A stretch of 64,000 nucleotides of DNA from Minisyncoccia bacterium (GCA_039809245.1 JBDHUP010000001.1:30934-94933), one strand, 5' to 3'. Shown: positions 1-10,200, numbered from the stretch's first letter. Translations and numbers: made by a program. Notes: a model not told the origin generated them from the letters alone.

Positions 1-313
1 GTGGAATTGATCCTGGACCTGGATCCTTTGGAGCTTCAACGACTGGATATATAGAAACCATAGCATCCCCTTCCCCAAAGACTATAGGAGAATCTTTGCT
101 ATTATTTTCACTACTGTCTACTGTTTTTGGAGCTTCAACTGTTGTAACCTTCTCTATCGTTCGTTGTATAACATTATTGATAGTCTGAGGAACACTCTTT
201 GGAGCCTGTTGCATAAGCGATACAGTAATTATTCCTGTAGCTATTGAAACAACAAATGTAATCAGTAAAGTAAGTAGTATTAGTTGTGGTTTATTTAGTT
301 CCTTTAAATCCAT
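1..313 (-). CDS. Hypothetical membrane-anchored protein, partial; C-terminus lies beyond the left window edge
   Basis: My own reverse-complement translation of 1..313 gives an ATG at 311-313, then MDLKELNKPQLILLTLLITFVVSIATGIITVSLMQQ..., one N-terminal TM helix and a Gly/Pro-rich tail. It reads through to position 1. It is not in the supplied ORF track because no stop falls inside the window. Confidence 0.35.
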   Translation of the reverse strand, partial: MDLKELNKPQLILLTLLITFVVSIATGIITVSLMQQAPKSVPQTINNVIQRTIEKVTTVEAPKTVDSSENNSKDSPIVFGEGDAMVSIYPVVEAPKDPGPGSIP

Positions 314-341
314 ATCACTCAGTATACCACAGCTGTCAAAC

Positions 342-1565
342 CTATTTCCACTGTCTGTATTTAATTAAAATATCTTTAAGATTTTTAACAAAAATATCTA
401 TATCACCTTTTTTTGTTTGTCTACCAAGAGAAATTCTAAGTGATCCGTCTACCGAGCTACTAATTTTATTTCCTTCTTTACGAATGGCAGTTATCACATG
501 AGACTCATCTAATTCATCGCTTTTACAAGCACTCTTTGATGAGACTTCTATCCCTTTTGCATTCAATTCTATTACCAATAATTCACTTGATATATTTGAT
601 ACAGAAATATTAATATTGTTTGGAAGACGATTCACCTCATCACCATTCAAAATTATTTGATAACCTGAAGATTTATTTAATTCTAATATTTTTTTTATTC
701 CATAATCTCGAATTTTTACTAAACGAGCAGATTCTTTTTCTTTTATTTTGTTTGTTAAAGATAAAGCATAAGATATACCAGCAATCGCCATAGTATTTTC
801 AGTTCCAGAGCGTATTCCGAATTCTTGACCTCCACCTTTATATATTGGGTTAATCAAAATGCCTCTTTTCTTATAGAGAACGCCTATTCCTTGTGGACCA
901 TATATCTTAGAGCTATTAAAAGTCAGGAGATCAACCCCCAATTTCTCTATATTTTCTGTATATAAATAATTCATCGCCTGACAAGAATCACTATGGAATA
1001 GGGGTAATTTTGTATTATTTTCTTTTCTATAATGTCTAATAATTTTGGCTATCTGTGTTAGTGGTTGAATCGTTCCAATTTCATTATTGGCATACATTAT
1101 TGATACTAAAACTGTATTCTTCTTAATTGAATTTTTAATCTCTTTTATATCCACAAATCCTTTTTCGTCTACATCTATGTATGTCACTTCAGCTTGTTTG
1201 CTTTCTTCAAGCATTTTACAGTTCTCTAAAACAGCAGCGTGCTCAATCTTTGATGTTATGATATGTGGTTTAACGTTGTCTTTATAAGCACTTACAATAC
1301 CTAAAATAGCGATAGCGTCACTTTCAGTACCACTACCAGTAAAAATAATCTCATCTTCATGTGCAAACAATTCACTAGCTATCCTTTTACGAGCTTCTTT
1401 AATAAGATTAGATGCTTCAATCCCATTTTTATGTATAGCACTAGGATTCCCCAAAAAAGCTCTTTTTTTCAGGTCTAGTTGTTTTACAACTTTTGTATCG
1501 ACTGGGGCAAGAGAAGCATAGTCAAGATAGACAATTTTTTTAATTTTATTGGAAATTTTTATCAT
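342..1565 (-). CDS. Cysteine desulfurase (class V aminotransferase, NifS/IscS-like)
   Basis: 407 aa. VYLDYASLAPVD start; FHSDSCQA; PLP-lysine context SSKIYGPQGIGVLY; C-terminal active-cysteine loop region SKSACKSDE. Typical NifS/IscS fold-type I signature. Confidence 0.8.
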   Translation of the reverse strand: MIKISNKIKKIVYLDYASLAPVDTKVVKQLDLKKRAFLGNPSAIHKNGIEASNLIKEARKRIASELFAHEDEIIFTGSGTESDAIAILGIVSAYKDNVKPHIITSKIEHAAVLENCKMLEESKQAEVTYIDVDEKGFVDIKEIKNSIKKNTVLVSIMYANNEIGTIQPLTQIAKIIRHYRKENNTKLPLFHSDSCQAMNYLYTENIEKLGVDLLTFNSSKIYGPQGIGVLYKKRGILINPIYKGGGQEFGIRSGTENTMAIAGISYALSLTNKIKEKESARLVKIRDYGIKKILELNKSSGYQIILNGDEVNRLPNNINISVSNISSELLVIELNAKGIEVSSKSACKSDELDESHVITAIRKEGNKISSSVDGSLRISLGRQTKKGDIDIFVKNLKDILIKYRQWK

Positions 1566-1635
1566 AAATATTTATATTAAGACACTATATCATATATTGT
1601 AAAAAAGGCTTTATTAGTATATACTCTTTGGAGTT

Positions 1636-2079
1636 ATGACTATATCTATCCTTATATACATACTCTCTGGAGTTATAATTATACTTCTTGTATGGATCGG
1701 TTTACTTGAACACCGCTTGAAAAAGTTTTTTGCTGGCACAAAAGCAAAAAATCTTGAGGAAGTTATGCTCACATTAGGTAAACAAGTAGGAGAACTTCAT
1801 AACACTCAAAAAGTAATTAACGAGCATTTGGTTACTGTCGACAATAGGCTTAATAAATCAATCCGTAATATCGAAACAATCCGCTTCAACCCATTCTTAG
1901 ATGCAGGTAGTAATCAGAGCTTCGCAATTTCATTATTAAATGATGAAGGTGATGGTGTAATATTGTCTAGCTTATATGCTAGAGACAGAATGAGTATATT
2001 TGCAAAACCAATAAAAAAGGGTAAATCTGAATTTGAATTATCTATAGAAGAGAAAGAGGTATTAAAAAAATCAATCTAA
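1636..2079 (+). CDS. Membrane-anchored hypothetical protein (DUF4446-like)
   Basis: 147 aa with an N-terminal TM helix. The RFNPFLDAGSNQSFAISLLNDEGDGVILSSLYARDR block resembles the DUF4446 family. Sits immediately upstream of infB. Confidence 0.4.
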   Translation: MTISILIYILSGVIIILLVWIGLLEHRLKKFFAGTKAKNLEEVMLTLGKQVGELHNTQKVINEHLVTVDNRLNKSIRNIETIRFNPFLDAGSNQSFAISLLNDEGDGVILSSLYARDRMSIFAKPIKKGKSEFELSIEEKEVLKKSI

Positions 2080-2088
2080 ATAAATTAT

Positions 2089-3600
2089 ATGGATAAGAAA
2101 AACACACAATCAAATATTGTGACTCGCCCACCCGTAGTTGTTGTTATGGGGCATGTTGATCATGGAAAATCCACTCTTCTTGATTTTATAAGAAAATCAA
2201 ATACTGTTGCCGATGAGTCAGGTGGTATAACACAACACATAAGTGCTTATGAAGTTACACATAAAGACGAGAAAGGTGAAGATCGACTTATTACTTTCCT
2301 TGATACTCCTGGGCATGAAGCATTTGAGAAAATGCGCGAGCGTGGAGCTATGACTGCTGATATCGCAATATTAGTAGTTTCAGCTGAAGACAGTGTGAAA
2401 GCCCAAACTGTAGAAGCATACAATACTATAATAGAAAGTAAGACTCCTTATATAGTTGCAATAAATAAGATTGATAAATCTAACGCAAATATAGAGAAAG
2501 TAAAGATGGATTTAGTAGAGAAAGGAATATATCTTGAAGGTATGGGCGGTGATATACCTTTTGTGCCAATATCATCTAAAGAAGGTACTGGTATTAATGA
2601 ACTTCTTGATATGGTTCTTCTAGTAGCTGATATTCAAGACCTTACTGGAGATAAATCACTTACAGCAAGTGGAGTAGTCATCGAAGCTAATCGTGAACCA
2701 AAGCGTGGAATTTCTGCAACATGCATCATAAAAAATGGGACATTGCGATCTGGAATGTTTGTTGCATGCGGACAAGCCATAGTTCCAACTAGAATAATGG
2801 AAAACTTTCTGGGTAAACCTGTAAAAGAAGCTACTTTTTCCTCTCCTATACGTCTAGTAGGTTTTGAATCTTTACCTGAAGTTGGAAGTGTATTTGAATC
2901 ATTTAAATCTAAGAAGGAAGCAGAGGCTTACGTCCGTATTGTGAAAGAAGAAAATCTTAGTGATAAAAAGAGTGATATTAATAATGTGTTGTCTGGAAAA
3001 CTCATACCTTTGGTTATAAAAACAGATGTAGCTGGTACAATAGAAGCTCTTGAAAAAGAGATTACTAAGCTAAACTCTGAAGAAATATCATTTAAGATAG
3101 TTAGTAAGGGTGTGGGTGCTATTAACGAGTCAGACTTAATGATGGCACGTGATAATAAAGAGAGTATTATTGTTGGTTTTAATACTAAGATAGACAATGC
3201 TGCTCGAGACTTAAACGAGCAGTTAAAAGTAACCATTGAAACATTTGATATTATCTATAAGCTAACCGACTGGCTAAAAATAATTCTAGAAGAAAGACGT
3301 CCTCGTCAAGAAGTTATTGAAGTCACAGGAACTATAAAGATTTTGAAAACATTTGGGGCAACAAAAGATAAGCAAGTTATAGGTGGAAAGGTTATATCTG
3401 GTCGTATAACTGATGGTGGTATGGTTAGAATAATAAGACGTGATTTTGAAATAGGTAAAGGTAAGATTGTAGGATTACAACTAAACAAAATAAAAACAAA
3501 AGAAGTACTTGAAGGAACAGATTGCGGTATGCTTGTTGATTCTAAGATAGAAATTGCCCCAGGAGATGTATTAGAAGCTTTTATCGTATCTATAAAATAA
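2089..3600 (+). CDS. infB: Translation initiation factor IF-2, short form that starts at the G domain
   Basis: 503 aa. G1 [18 protein letters not shown]3 [13 protein letters not shown]-terminal beta-barrel domains are present. No long N-terminal region. Confidence 0.9.
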   Translation: MDKKNTQSNIVTRPPVVVVMGHVDHGKSTLLDFIRKSNTVADESGGITQHISAYEVTHKDEKGEDRLITFLDTPGHEAFEKMRERGAMTADIAILVVSAEDSVKAQTVEAYNTIIESKTPYIVAINKIDKSNANIEKVKMDLVEKGIYLEGMGGDIPFVPISSKEGTGINELLDMVLLVADIQDLTGDKSLTASGVVIEANREPKRGISATCIIKNGTLRSGMFVACGQAIVPTRIMENFLGKPVKEATFSSPIRLVGFESLPEVGSVFESFKSKKEAEAYVRIVKEENLSDKKSDINNVLSGKLIPLVIKTDVAGTIEALEKEITKLNSEEISFKIVSKGVGAINESDLMMARDNKESIIVGFNTKIDNAARDLNEQLKVTIETFDIIYKLTDWLKIILEERRPRQEVIEVTGTIKILKTFGATKDKQVIGGKVISGRITDGGMVRIIRRDFEIGKGKIVGLQLNKIKTKEVLEGTDCGMLVDSKIEIAPGDVLEAFIVSIK

Positions 3601-3601
3601 A

Positions 3602-3928
3602 ATGTCAAATTTTCGATCAGAAAAAATAACAAATCATATAAAAGAGCTTGCGGCAATGTTTATCGAAAAAGAAGCAGGCCCAACATCACTCATAACCGTG
3701 ACTCGAGTTCTTCTCTCTCCTGATAATAAAAAAGCGAGTATCATGATAAGTGTGCTACCAAGAGACAAAGAAGATGCTGCTTTTGGATTTGTAAGACGTA
3801 ATCTAGGAGAATTACGTAAATATATATCGAAGGGTTTGAAAGTTAATCCTGTCCCATTCCTAGATGTTAAGATAGATGAGGGTGAGAAGAATCGCCAAAA
3901 AATTGACGAATTGCTCACGAAAAGTTAG
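3602..3928 (+). CDS. rbfA: Ribosome-binding factor A
   Basis: 108 aa. ITNHIKELAAMFIEKEAGPTSLITVTRVLLSPDNKKASIMISVLP is a typical RbfA KH fold. Canonical infB-rbfA adjacency, 1-nt spacing. Confidence 0.8.
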   Translation: MSNFRSEKITNHIKELAAMFIEKEAGPTSLITVTRVLLSPDNKKASIMISVLPRDKEDAAFGFVRRNLGELRKYISKGLKVNPVPFLDVKIDEGEKNRQKIDELLTKS

Positions 3929-3939
3929 GATAGTCTTAC

Positions 3940-4014
3940 GGCGTGGTGGCGAAGTGGTAACGCTGCGGTCTGCAAAACCGCCATTCGCGGGTTCGATTCC
4001 CGCCCACGCCTCCA
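3940..4014 (+). tRNA. tRNA-Cys (anticodon GCA)
   Basis: GGCGTGG acceptor stem pairs with CCACGCC. Anticodon stem GCGGT/ACCGC with loop CTGCAAA gives anticodon GCA. T-arm GGTTCGATTCC. Encoded CCA at the 3' end. Confidence 0.8.
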
Positions 4015-4048
4015 CGCGAGAAATCGCGAAGTGTTCACAAGTAAATAT

Positions 4049-4133
4049 GCCCAGGTGGCGGAATTGGTATACGCGCTAGTCTTAGGAACTAGTGGAGCAA
4101 TCCTTGGAGGTTCAAGTCCTCTCCTGGGCACCA
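4049..4133 (+). tRNA. tRNA-Leu (anticodon TAG), class II with long variable arm
   Basis: GCCCAGG acceptor pairs with CCTGGGC. Anticodon stem CTAGT/ACTAG with loop CTTAGGA gives anticodon TAG. Long variable arm TGGAGCAATCCTTGGAGG. T-arm GGTTCAAGTCC. Encoded CCA. Confidence 0.8.
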
Positions 4134-4964
4134 GAATGGAACAAGTCGCTGTTCTAAAGCTTCAAATCCATTTTTACATTTATACTGCAAGCTATTTTCA
4201 GAAAAATAAAGTTCAGAAAAGATATATCGGGTAAACTTATCTTTTTCAGCAGGGTTAGCAATAAAATCATATAGCATAAGGTTTTTCAAGAGTTCAGAAA
4301 GTTCAATTACTTTTTGAGCAACTTCCAAAATACTTGCAGTAGTAGTCTGCTCCTGTTGCGTTAACTGAACATATTGATTATTCAATTGCATCTCAGATTC
4401 CAGGTAACTTTCCGGAGTATATACGCCTGTTCTGAGTAAATTCAATTTGTTTTGCTGCAAGTAGTTGATATCCTCTTGCGTCTTTCTTTTTTGCCTATCT
4501 ATACTTGCCAAATGCTCTATTCTCTTTTGTTCTACTTCCGGTAATTCTATTTTTGTACTCTTCTCAATTTGAAGAAGCTCATCTTCGGTCAGAATCAATT
4601 TTTCAATAGTTTTTGAGATAACGCTATCGATAATCCCGTTATTAAAATTCTTGGTTTTATTCTCACAAAGAGGTTTACAATTTACACAGTAATACTGTAT
4701 ACCCTTTTTTATATATGGGGTGTAAACCCTTTGACAATTACCACATCGTATTAAACCTCTGTATGGATAAAATAGTTCACTGGAATATTTCACACTTACA
4801 TTTTTCTTATTCAACATCTGTTGCACCTTCATAAAGACTTCTTCGGATATTAATGGTTCATGGCTATTACTTTTTATGAATGTATCATTATTACCCACTA
4901 CACTTGAAAAAGTTGCAAAAGCATCAGGCGTTAAACTGGTTGATTTTTTTGAAGCTGACGACAA
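4089..4964 (-). pseudogene. Truncated large serine recombinase: C-terminal recombinase tail, zinc-ribbon and coiled-coil only; N-terminal resolvase catalytic domain absent
   Basis: 291-aa ORF. EPLISEEVFMKVQQML is the typical end of the recombinase domain. RCGNCQRVYTP...YYCVNCK is the Zn-ribbon. A long coiled-coil follows. There is no resolvase/invertase N-terminal domain and no upstream ORF that could supply it. The ORF's last 15 codons are encoded by the 3' half of tRNA-Leu (4089..4133). Confidence 0.6.
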
Positions 4965-5088
4965 TAATTTGGAAGATATAAATTCCTACGATGCTTCTTT
5001 GATGAAAAAGATGGTCTTTGCTTTTGTGGATGCTCTCGTAGGTAAGAAAAATTAAAGGATGCAATTAGTGGCGTTCTATCTGATATAA

Positions 5089-5120
5089 AGTAAGAAAGCT
5101 CCGAAAGGAGCTTTCTTACT
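5089..5120 (-). terminator. Rho-independent terminator downstream of the LRR gene
   Basis: Perfect palindrome AAGAAAGCTCC-GAAA-GGAGCTTTCTT, flanked by T-runs on the minus strand. Confidence 0.5.
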
Positions 5121-5125
5121 TATTT

Positions 5126-5980
5126 TTAAGCATATAGTTTACCAAAATCTTCTCTTCTGTGTGTGTAGTGTTTCCTGTTTTGATACGAGATTTTATTTAG
5201 ACTTTTTAGTTTTGTTATTGGTAATAAGTCACCGTCAATAATATTGGTTGATTCATAAAATAAAAAATCTTTTAGCTTTGTCAAATATTCTATCCCTTTG
5301 ATGCTTGCAATATCTCCTAAATCAATAAGTAAAAGGCGTTTAAGCTTCTTCAAGTGCAACACTTCGGATATGTTAGATATTCCTTTACAACTTTGAATTT
5401 CTAACTCTTCTAATTCGTGCAAATTTTGAAGCCCTTGAAGCGATGTTAATTTCTTTAAATTCCCTAATCGTAAAGTTTTTAAGTCTTTTAATGCTGATAG
5501 TCCTTGAATATTTTCAATGGGTGAATTTAATATTGACAACTCTTTAAGATTAAATAATTTTGAAAACATATCGCTACCTTTTTTATCATAGGTATTAATG
5601 AAAAGCTTTTGAATACTTGATGTTTCAAATAAAGAATCAGAACCTTTTATCCACTCAAAACTACATTCTACAAGGTTAGGAAAAGCATTGAAATTTATTG
5701 GTGTCTTACAGTACGTTGATATTTCAAATTTAAGTAATCCACTTAAACTATATATAGGTTTAATAGATTTTATACTAAAATCAATGATAGTTAGTGATTT
5801 CAGATTGGGAAGAAATTCAAGAAAATCTACATTATCCCCACGCCAACCCTTACTATCATTTAACTCTATTTCTTGTATATTTTTATCTAAAAGCAACTTT
5901 AAATACGAATCTTGCCACAACCCTTTTACAATTGCCTTTGTCCCTAATAATCCATTTTCAAATTCGATATTATTACTCAT
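5126..5980 (-). CDS. Leucine-rich repeat (LRR) protein
   Basis: 284 aa. About 22-residue periodic L..L..L.L..N.I repeats (LKELSILNSPIENIQGLSALKDLKTLRLGNLKKLTSLQGLQNLHELEELEIQSC...). No signal peptide. Confidence 0.6.
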   Translation of the reverse strand: MSNNIEFENGLLGTKAIVKGLWQDSYLKLLLDKNIQEIELNDSKGWRGDNVDFLEFLPNLKSLTIIDFSIKSIKPIYSLSGLLKFEISTYCKTPINFNAFPNLVECSFEWIKGSDSLFETSSIQKLFINTYDKKGSDMFSKLFNLKELSILNSPIENIQGLSALKDLKTLRLGNLKKLTSLQGLQNLHELEELEIQSCKGISNISEVLHLKKLKRLLLIDLGDIASIKGIEYLTKLKDFLFYESTNIIDGDLLPITKLKSLNKISYQNRKHYTHRREDFGKLYA

Positions 5981-5983
5981 AGT

Positions 5984-6457
5984 CTATGGGATTTTAGGTA
6001 ATAAATATTGTCTTGCTGGTCTAATTGGGTTACGGATGTTCTCAAGATACTTGATACCCCCAAAAGAATTTATACGTAACTGTTCTGCGATTTCTCGGGC
6101 AGTTTTACCACCTAAAACTTCTGTGGTTTTAACTACAGTTCCGGGCAATAATTTACCTGATGCAATGTGCTCTTCAAGTCTAGCTGCTATATTCCCTGAT
6201 TGCCCTATGTACGTTTTGCCTGATACTGCTGTAAACTGATAAATACCTTCAGTTGCTTGCACTCCCATTTTAGCTGCATTTAAGATATTTACAGTTTTAG
6301 CAACTACATTATAAGGCAAAGTAGTTACAAGTGCAAGTGCAGAAATTGTTGTAGCAGCATTTTTTGTTGTAAAAAAAGAGGTAGCTGCAACCTGATGCAA
6401 ATAAAAATAATTGGGGTGTCCTTCTACTACAGACTGAATATACTTTTGCTCCCACAT
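5984..6457 (-). CDS. GIY-YIG nuclease-domain protein
   Basis: 157 aa. GIYQFTAVSGKTYIGQSGNIAARLEEH matches the GIY...YIG...R...E core motif. Preceded by a 65-aa N-terminal region of unknown function. 4 nt downstream of the LRR gene stop. Confidence 0.5.
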   Translation of the reverse strand: MWEQKYIQSVVEGHPNYFYLHQVAATSFFTTKNAATTISALALVTTLPYNVVAKTVNILNAAKMGVQATEGIYQFTAVSGKTYIGQSGNIAARLEEHIASGKLLPGTVVKTTEVLGGKTAREIAEQLRINSFGGIKYLENIRNPIRPARQYLLPKIP

Positions 6458-6724
6458 CTTATTAGCTTCATCAAAAGGATTATGATAAATGAGTAAGCAA
6501 AATTAAAGAAACTCTATCTAGATACCCTAGCTCTTTGGTGGTCTTAATTGATTGCCACATATAAATGTAAAGTACCTATATTCCATAGGCTAAATAAATA
6601 AACTAGAATGGAACTTGTAGCAGTCTGCTTCTATTGCGCTATAGTGTTTTTTCAAAGGTTCTTGATTTATTCTAAATAAAATGTTATTTTTAATAAAAAT
6701 TGTAAACTACTAAAACTCCTAACT

Positions 6725-7153
6725 ATGCAAAAGACAACAACTGCGTTGCTTATTTTTTGGAAAGACGTAACGTTATTAGCACCGTCAAAATCAAAACACA
6801 GATTAATTGGACAAATTGATCCATTAGCCTGTTCCAACTTATTCTCATCAGAAAGAGAAAGGGTGAATTACATAAAGGATACCCTTGTTGGTAAAAAATT
6901 TGGTGGAAAGAATTTTCACACCAATTTTCATCTGATAAACAATCCTATCAAATTTAATCATGTGGATGAGCTTGGTCAAAAACTTTTTACAGCCTACATT
7001 GCCACTATCAAAAATGAAAAAATATTGAGAAATGGCTTCATTATTGATGAATCAGAAATGTGGGTAAACTTAGAGGAAATTAAAAAAAACAAAGGGTTTA
7101 TAATAAGCCCCATGTTTAAAAAAGCTCTCTGCTGTGTGTCTAAAATTCCCTAA
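6725..7153 (+). CDS. Hypothetical protein; weak call
   Basis: 142-aa ORF in an otherwise minus-strand region. No recognisable motifs. Confidence 0.2.
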   Translation: MQKTTTALLIFWKDVTLLAPSKSKHRLIGQIDPLACSNLFSSERERVNYIKDTLVGKKFGGKNFHTNFHLINNPIKFNHVDELGQKLFTAYIATIKNEKILRNGFIIDESEMWVNLEEIKKNKGFIISPMFKKALCCVSKIP

Positions 7154-7236
7154 ACCAGAGCAAACGTGTAATCCTCAATAAACAATAGTTTATTGAGGAT
7201 TTTATTTATATTGATGCTAAATTATTATAAGGATCA

Positions 7237-10200
7237 TCAATACAATCCAGAGTTGAACCCCGAAGGAACAGAGCACATGAACGGTCTAGCTCCAAAATTC
7301 GCTGTACCGTCTGAATCTTGATACTGAGAACCCCAAGCTGGGTAAATAGTTCCAGACAGACCAGTGAATGCTGTGCCTAGCGAGCTACAATTCTTATAAA
7401 AACTTATTGTCTTTGAATCCATATCAAGAGCAACACCTATCACATCTCCATTATGCCCTTCGGTTCCATAATACCCTTGGTTACCAACATGGAATTTAAC
7501 ACCGTCATCCATAACCATAGACCACCCTGAAGAATCTTCTCCAAGAATCCTATTGAGATTTGCTGAACTAGTTGCAACTCCGACAAACTGGTCACCTGAT
7601 TTATCTAATTTAACTTCCCAATACCATTTACCACTTGATTTACCGATTTTTGATCTAACAACTCCGATTCCTCTATTCCAAGAAGCGGTAAGGTTTCCAT
7701 TAGAAAGTGAAACCTTTGATCCTTTATCTGAAGGGTTCCATGTAGTATAAGTCACTTTAGATGGTAAAACAACACCGTTATGAACAGTCGCAGAAACAGC
7801 AGAGGCATTCCCAATATTACCAGCCGCATCGTATGCTTTAGCGGTGAGAGAGTACGCACCGTTAGAAACGGTTGTAGTATTCCAAGTTATAGCCCAAGGT
7901 GCTGTAGTATCTGTATCTATCAAAGTATTATTTTTATAAAAATTAACTTTTGTGACTCCAATATTATCTGTAGCACTAGCTGCTAAAGTGACTACACTTG
8001 ATAAGGTTTGACCACTAGAAGGACTTGTGATTGCAACTACTGGAGGTATTGTATCTGGACCAGGAGAAACAGTATTACTCACAATAACAGACACAGGAGT
8101 CGATATAGTACTGTTACCTGCCGCATCGTATGCTTTAGCGGTTAATAAATGTATCCCATTAGAAACGGTTGTAGTATTCCAAGAATAACTATAATTTGAA
8201 GCAGGGTTCCCCGAACCTAATAACACAGGATTGCCAGTAGTAGGATTTCTATAAAAGTCGACATGATCTACCCCTATATTATCACTTACATTAACTATGA
8301 TTACTTTATTCTGTGATATCGTTTGTCCATTAGTAGGGTTTGTGATTAAAACTAATGGAGATGTTGTATCTGGACCATTATTAACAGTAATGGTAACTGT
8401 ATCAGTAGCAAATAAACCTCCATTATCAGTGACTTTTAATTGGAATGTATAAGACCCTTGTGAAAGACCTGTGACACCTGTTCCGACATTATTGGGGGTT
8501 GTCATAGAACCAGAACCTCCAGAGATTTTTGTCCACAGGTATGTTAAAGGACCATTCTCTGGATCACTACTTAGACTTCCAGAAAGAGAAGCTGAATTTG
8601 TAGGAAGAGTTATTGTTTGATCGGCTCCAGCATTTGCAACTGGAGGAAGATTCGAAGATATTAGTGTAGTAAAGTTGTATGTATAATTCGAAGCTAAATG
8701 ATTACCAGCAATATCAGTAATGGCAGTTGTTAAAGTCACTGAATAAGTTACACCCGCTGAAAGTGAAGATAAAGGAGTAATAGTAATCTTATTATTACTA
8801 TATGTTGAAGTAGAAGAAATTATATTAGATCCTTGCTTAATTTGTACACTTGAAGTTGTAACCGTACTTGAATTTAAAGGTTCACTAAATGTCACGACAG
8901 GTTTAATCGTAACAGGTACTCCTGTAGAGTTATTAGTTGGGGTTACACTTACAACTGTAGGAGGAGTAGTATCCGATGGAGGTGGAGTTGAACCTGTTTC
9001 TAGATAACCTATATCAGGAGCAGATCCACTAAATGGAAGACCGACGTTAATCCCAGAGTCGATGAGAGGAGAACTCGCAGATAAAGAATATGTTGAGGTG
9101 TTTGCAAAGGCAGGGTTGATATTAATTAGATTGTTAGCATAGGTATAGTTAACAGGTGCTGGTGCATTTGCAAGTAGCGGAGCATTATCATTCCCATTAC
9201 CATACATATCATTATTACTAATATTAAGATTTGTAATACCAACAGAACTATACTGAGTAATAGGAGCACCCATAGCACCATTAATAATATTATTCTTTAT
9301 ATTAACATTACTTATCGAACCGGAATCTATACTAGGTAATTGAATTCCCCACCAAGTCTGATTTGATGGAGACATAATCATAGTATTATTATAAACACTA
9401 AGACCATTATAAGTTACATTGGTATGACCATCACCTCCAAAATTTATAAAAAATCCTGTACCCTCTCCCATTCCTATATTTTTAATAAGATTTCGACGAA
9501 TAATATTGTTTTTAATAACTGAATTATCTCTTGGAGTATATAGAACGCCAGTTGTAATTTTATCAAAAACATTATCTTCTACTATAGCTGTATCTGTCTG
9601 AAATTCTAACGTAACAGCTGTTTGAATATAATTATTTATATAAGGCATTTGTATCAGATTGTGATGAATCCAAGTTGAAAAAGCATATGAGCCTTTATCT
9701 TGGTAATTTAGATCAATTCCACCACCATTCATTGTATTGTTATAAATCTCCAATCCTTGAACATTGAATAATTCAATGGCAAAATCCCAGTTATTATTAC
9801 CTTCTGGAGCACCGTTCATAATCTTATTGAGAGTATTATTATAGATTTTAACTCCTTTCAAATATCCATCATTCCAATATTTTATAGGCCAACCATTTTG
9901 TCCTTGAGGTCTACTGTCCTGAGTAATAGTATTATTATAAATCAACATGCCATCTTGTCCTCCAATATTTAAAGCTCCTGCTCCATATTGATTATTTACA
10001 TATCTAGCACTATTAGTCATTATATTATCATGAAAAGAATTACCAGTAGCATAAATATTAGGAGCACCATCTCCAGTATCTATTCTACCTCCAAACAAAA
10101 CTCCTCTATCTTTAAAATCTTGTATAGTTGTATTGTAAATACTAACATTACTTCTTCCAGCAACTTGAATTCCCCAGAATGTATGCAAATTCTGACCATC

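Noticed and set aside
286-501. 71-aa plus-strand ORF
   Set aside because: Antisense to the cysteine desulfurase and to the partial upstream gene. Low-complexity translation and no RBS. Treated as a spurious shadow ORF.
2928-3918. Minus-strand ORFs 2928..3236, 3306..3656 and 3634..3918
   Set aside because: Fully embedded antisense within infB and rbfA, which have strong conserved-motif support. Shadow ORFs.
3876-4234. Plus-strand ORFs 3876..4079 and 4031..4234 and minus-strand ORF 3925..4131
   Set aside because: They run across the tRNA-Cys and tRNA-Leu genes. The tRNA cloverleafs are fully supported, so these frames are not coding.
6458-6724. 267-bp gap upstream of the GIY-YIG gene, examined for a missing toxin N-terminal gene or RNA
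   Set aside because: No ORF in any frame and no clear hairpins or conserved-looking motifs. Treated as AT-rich promoter or spacer DNA.
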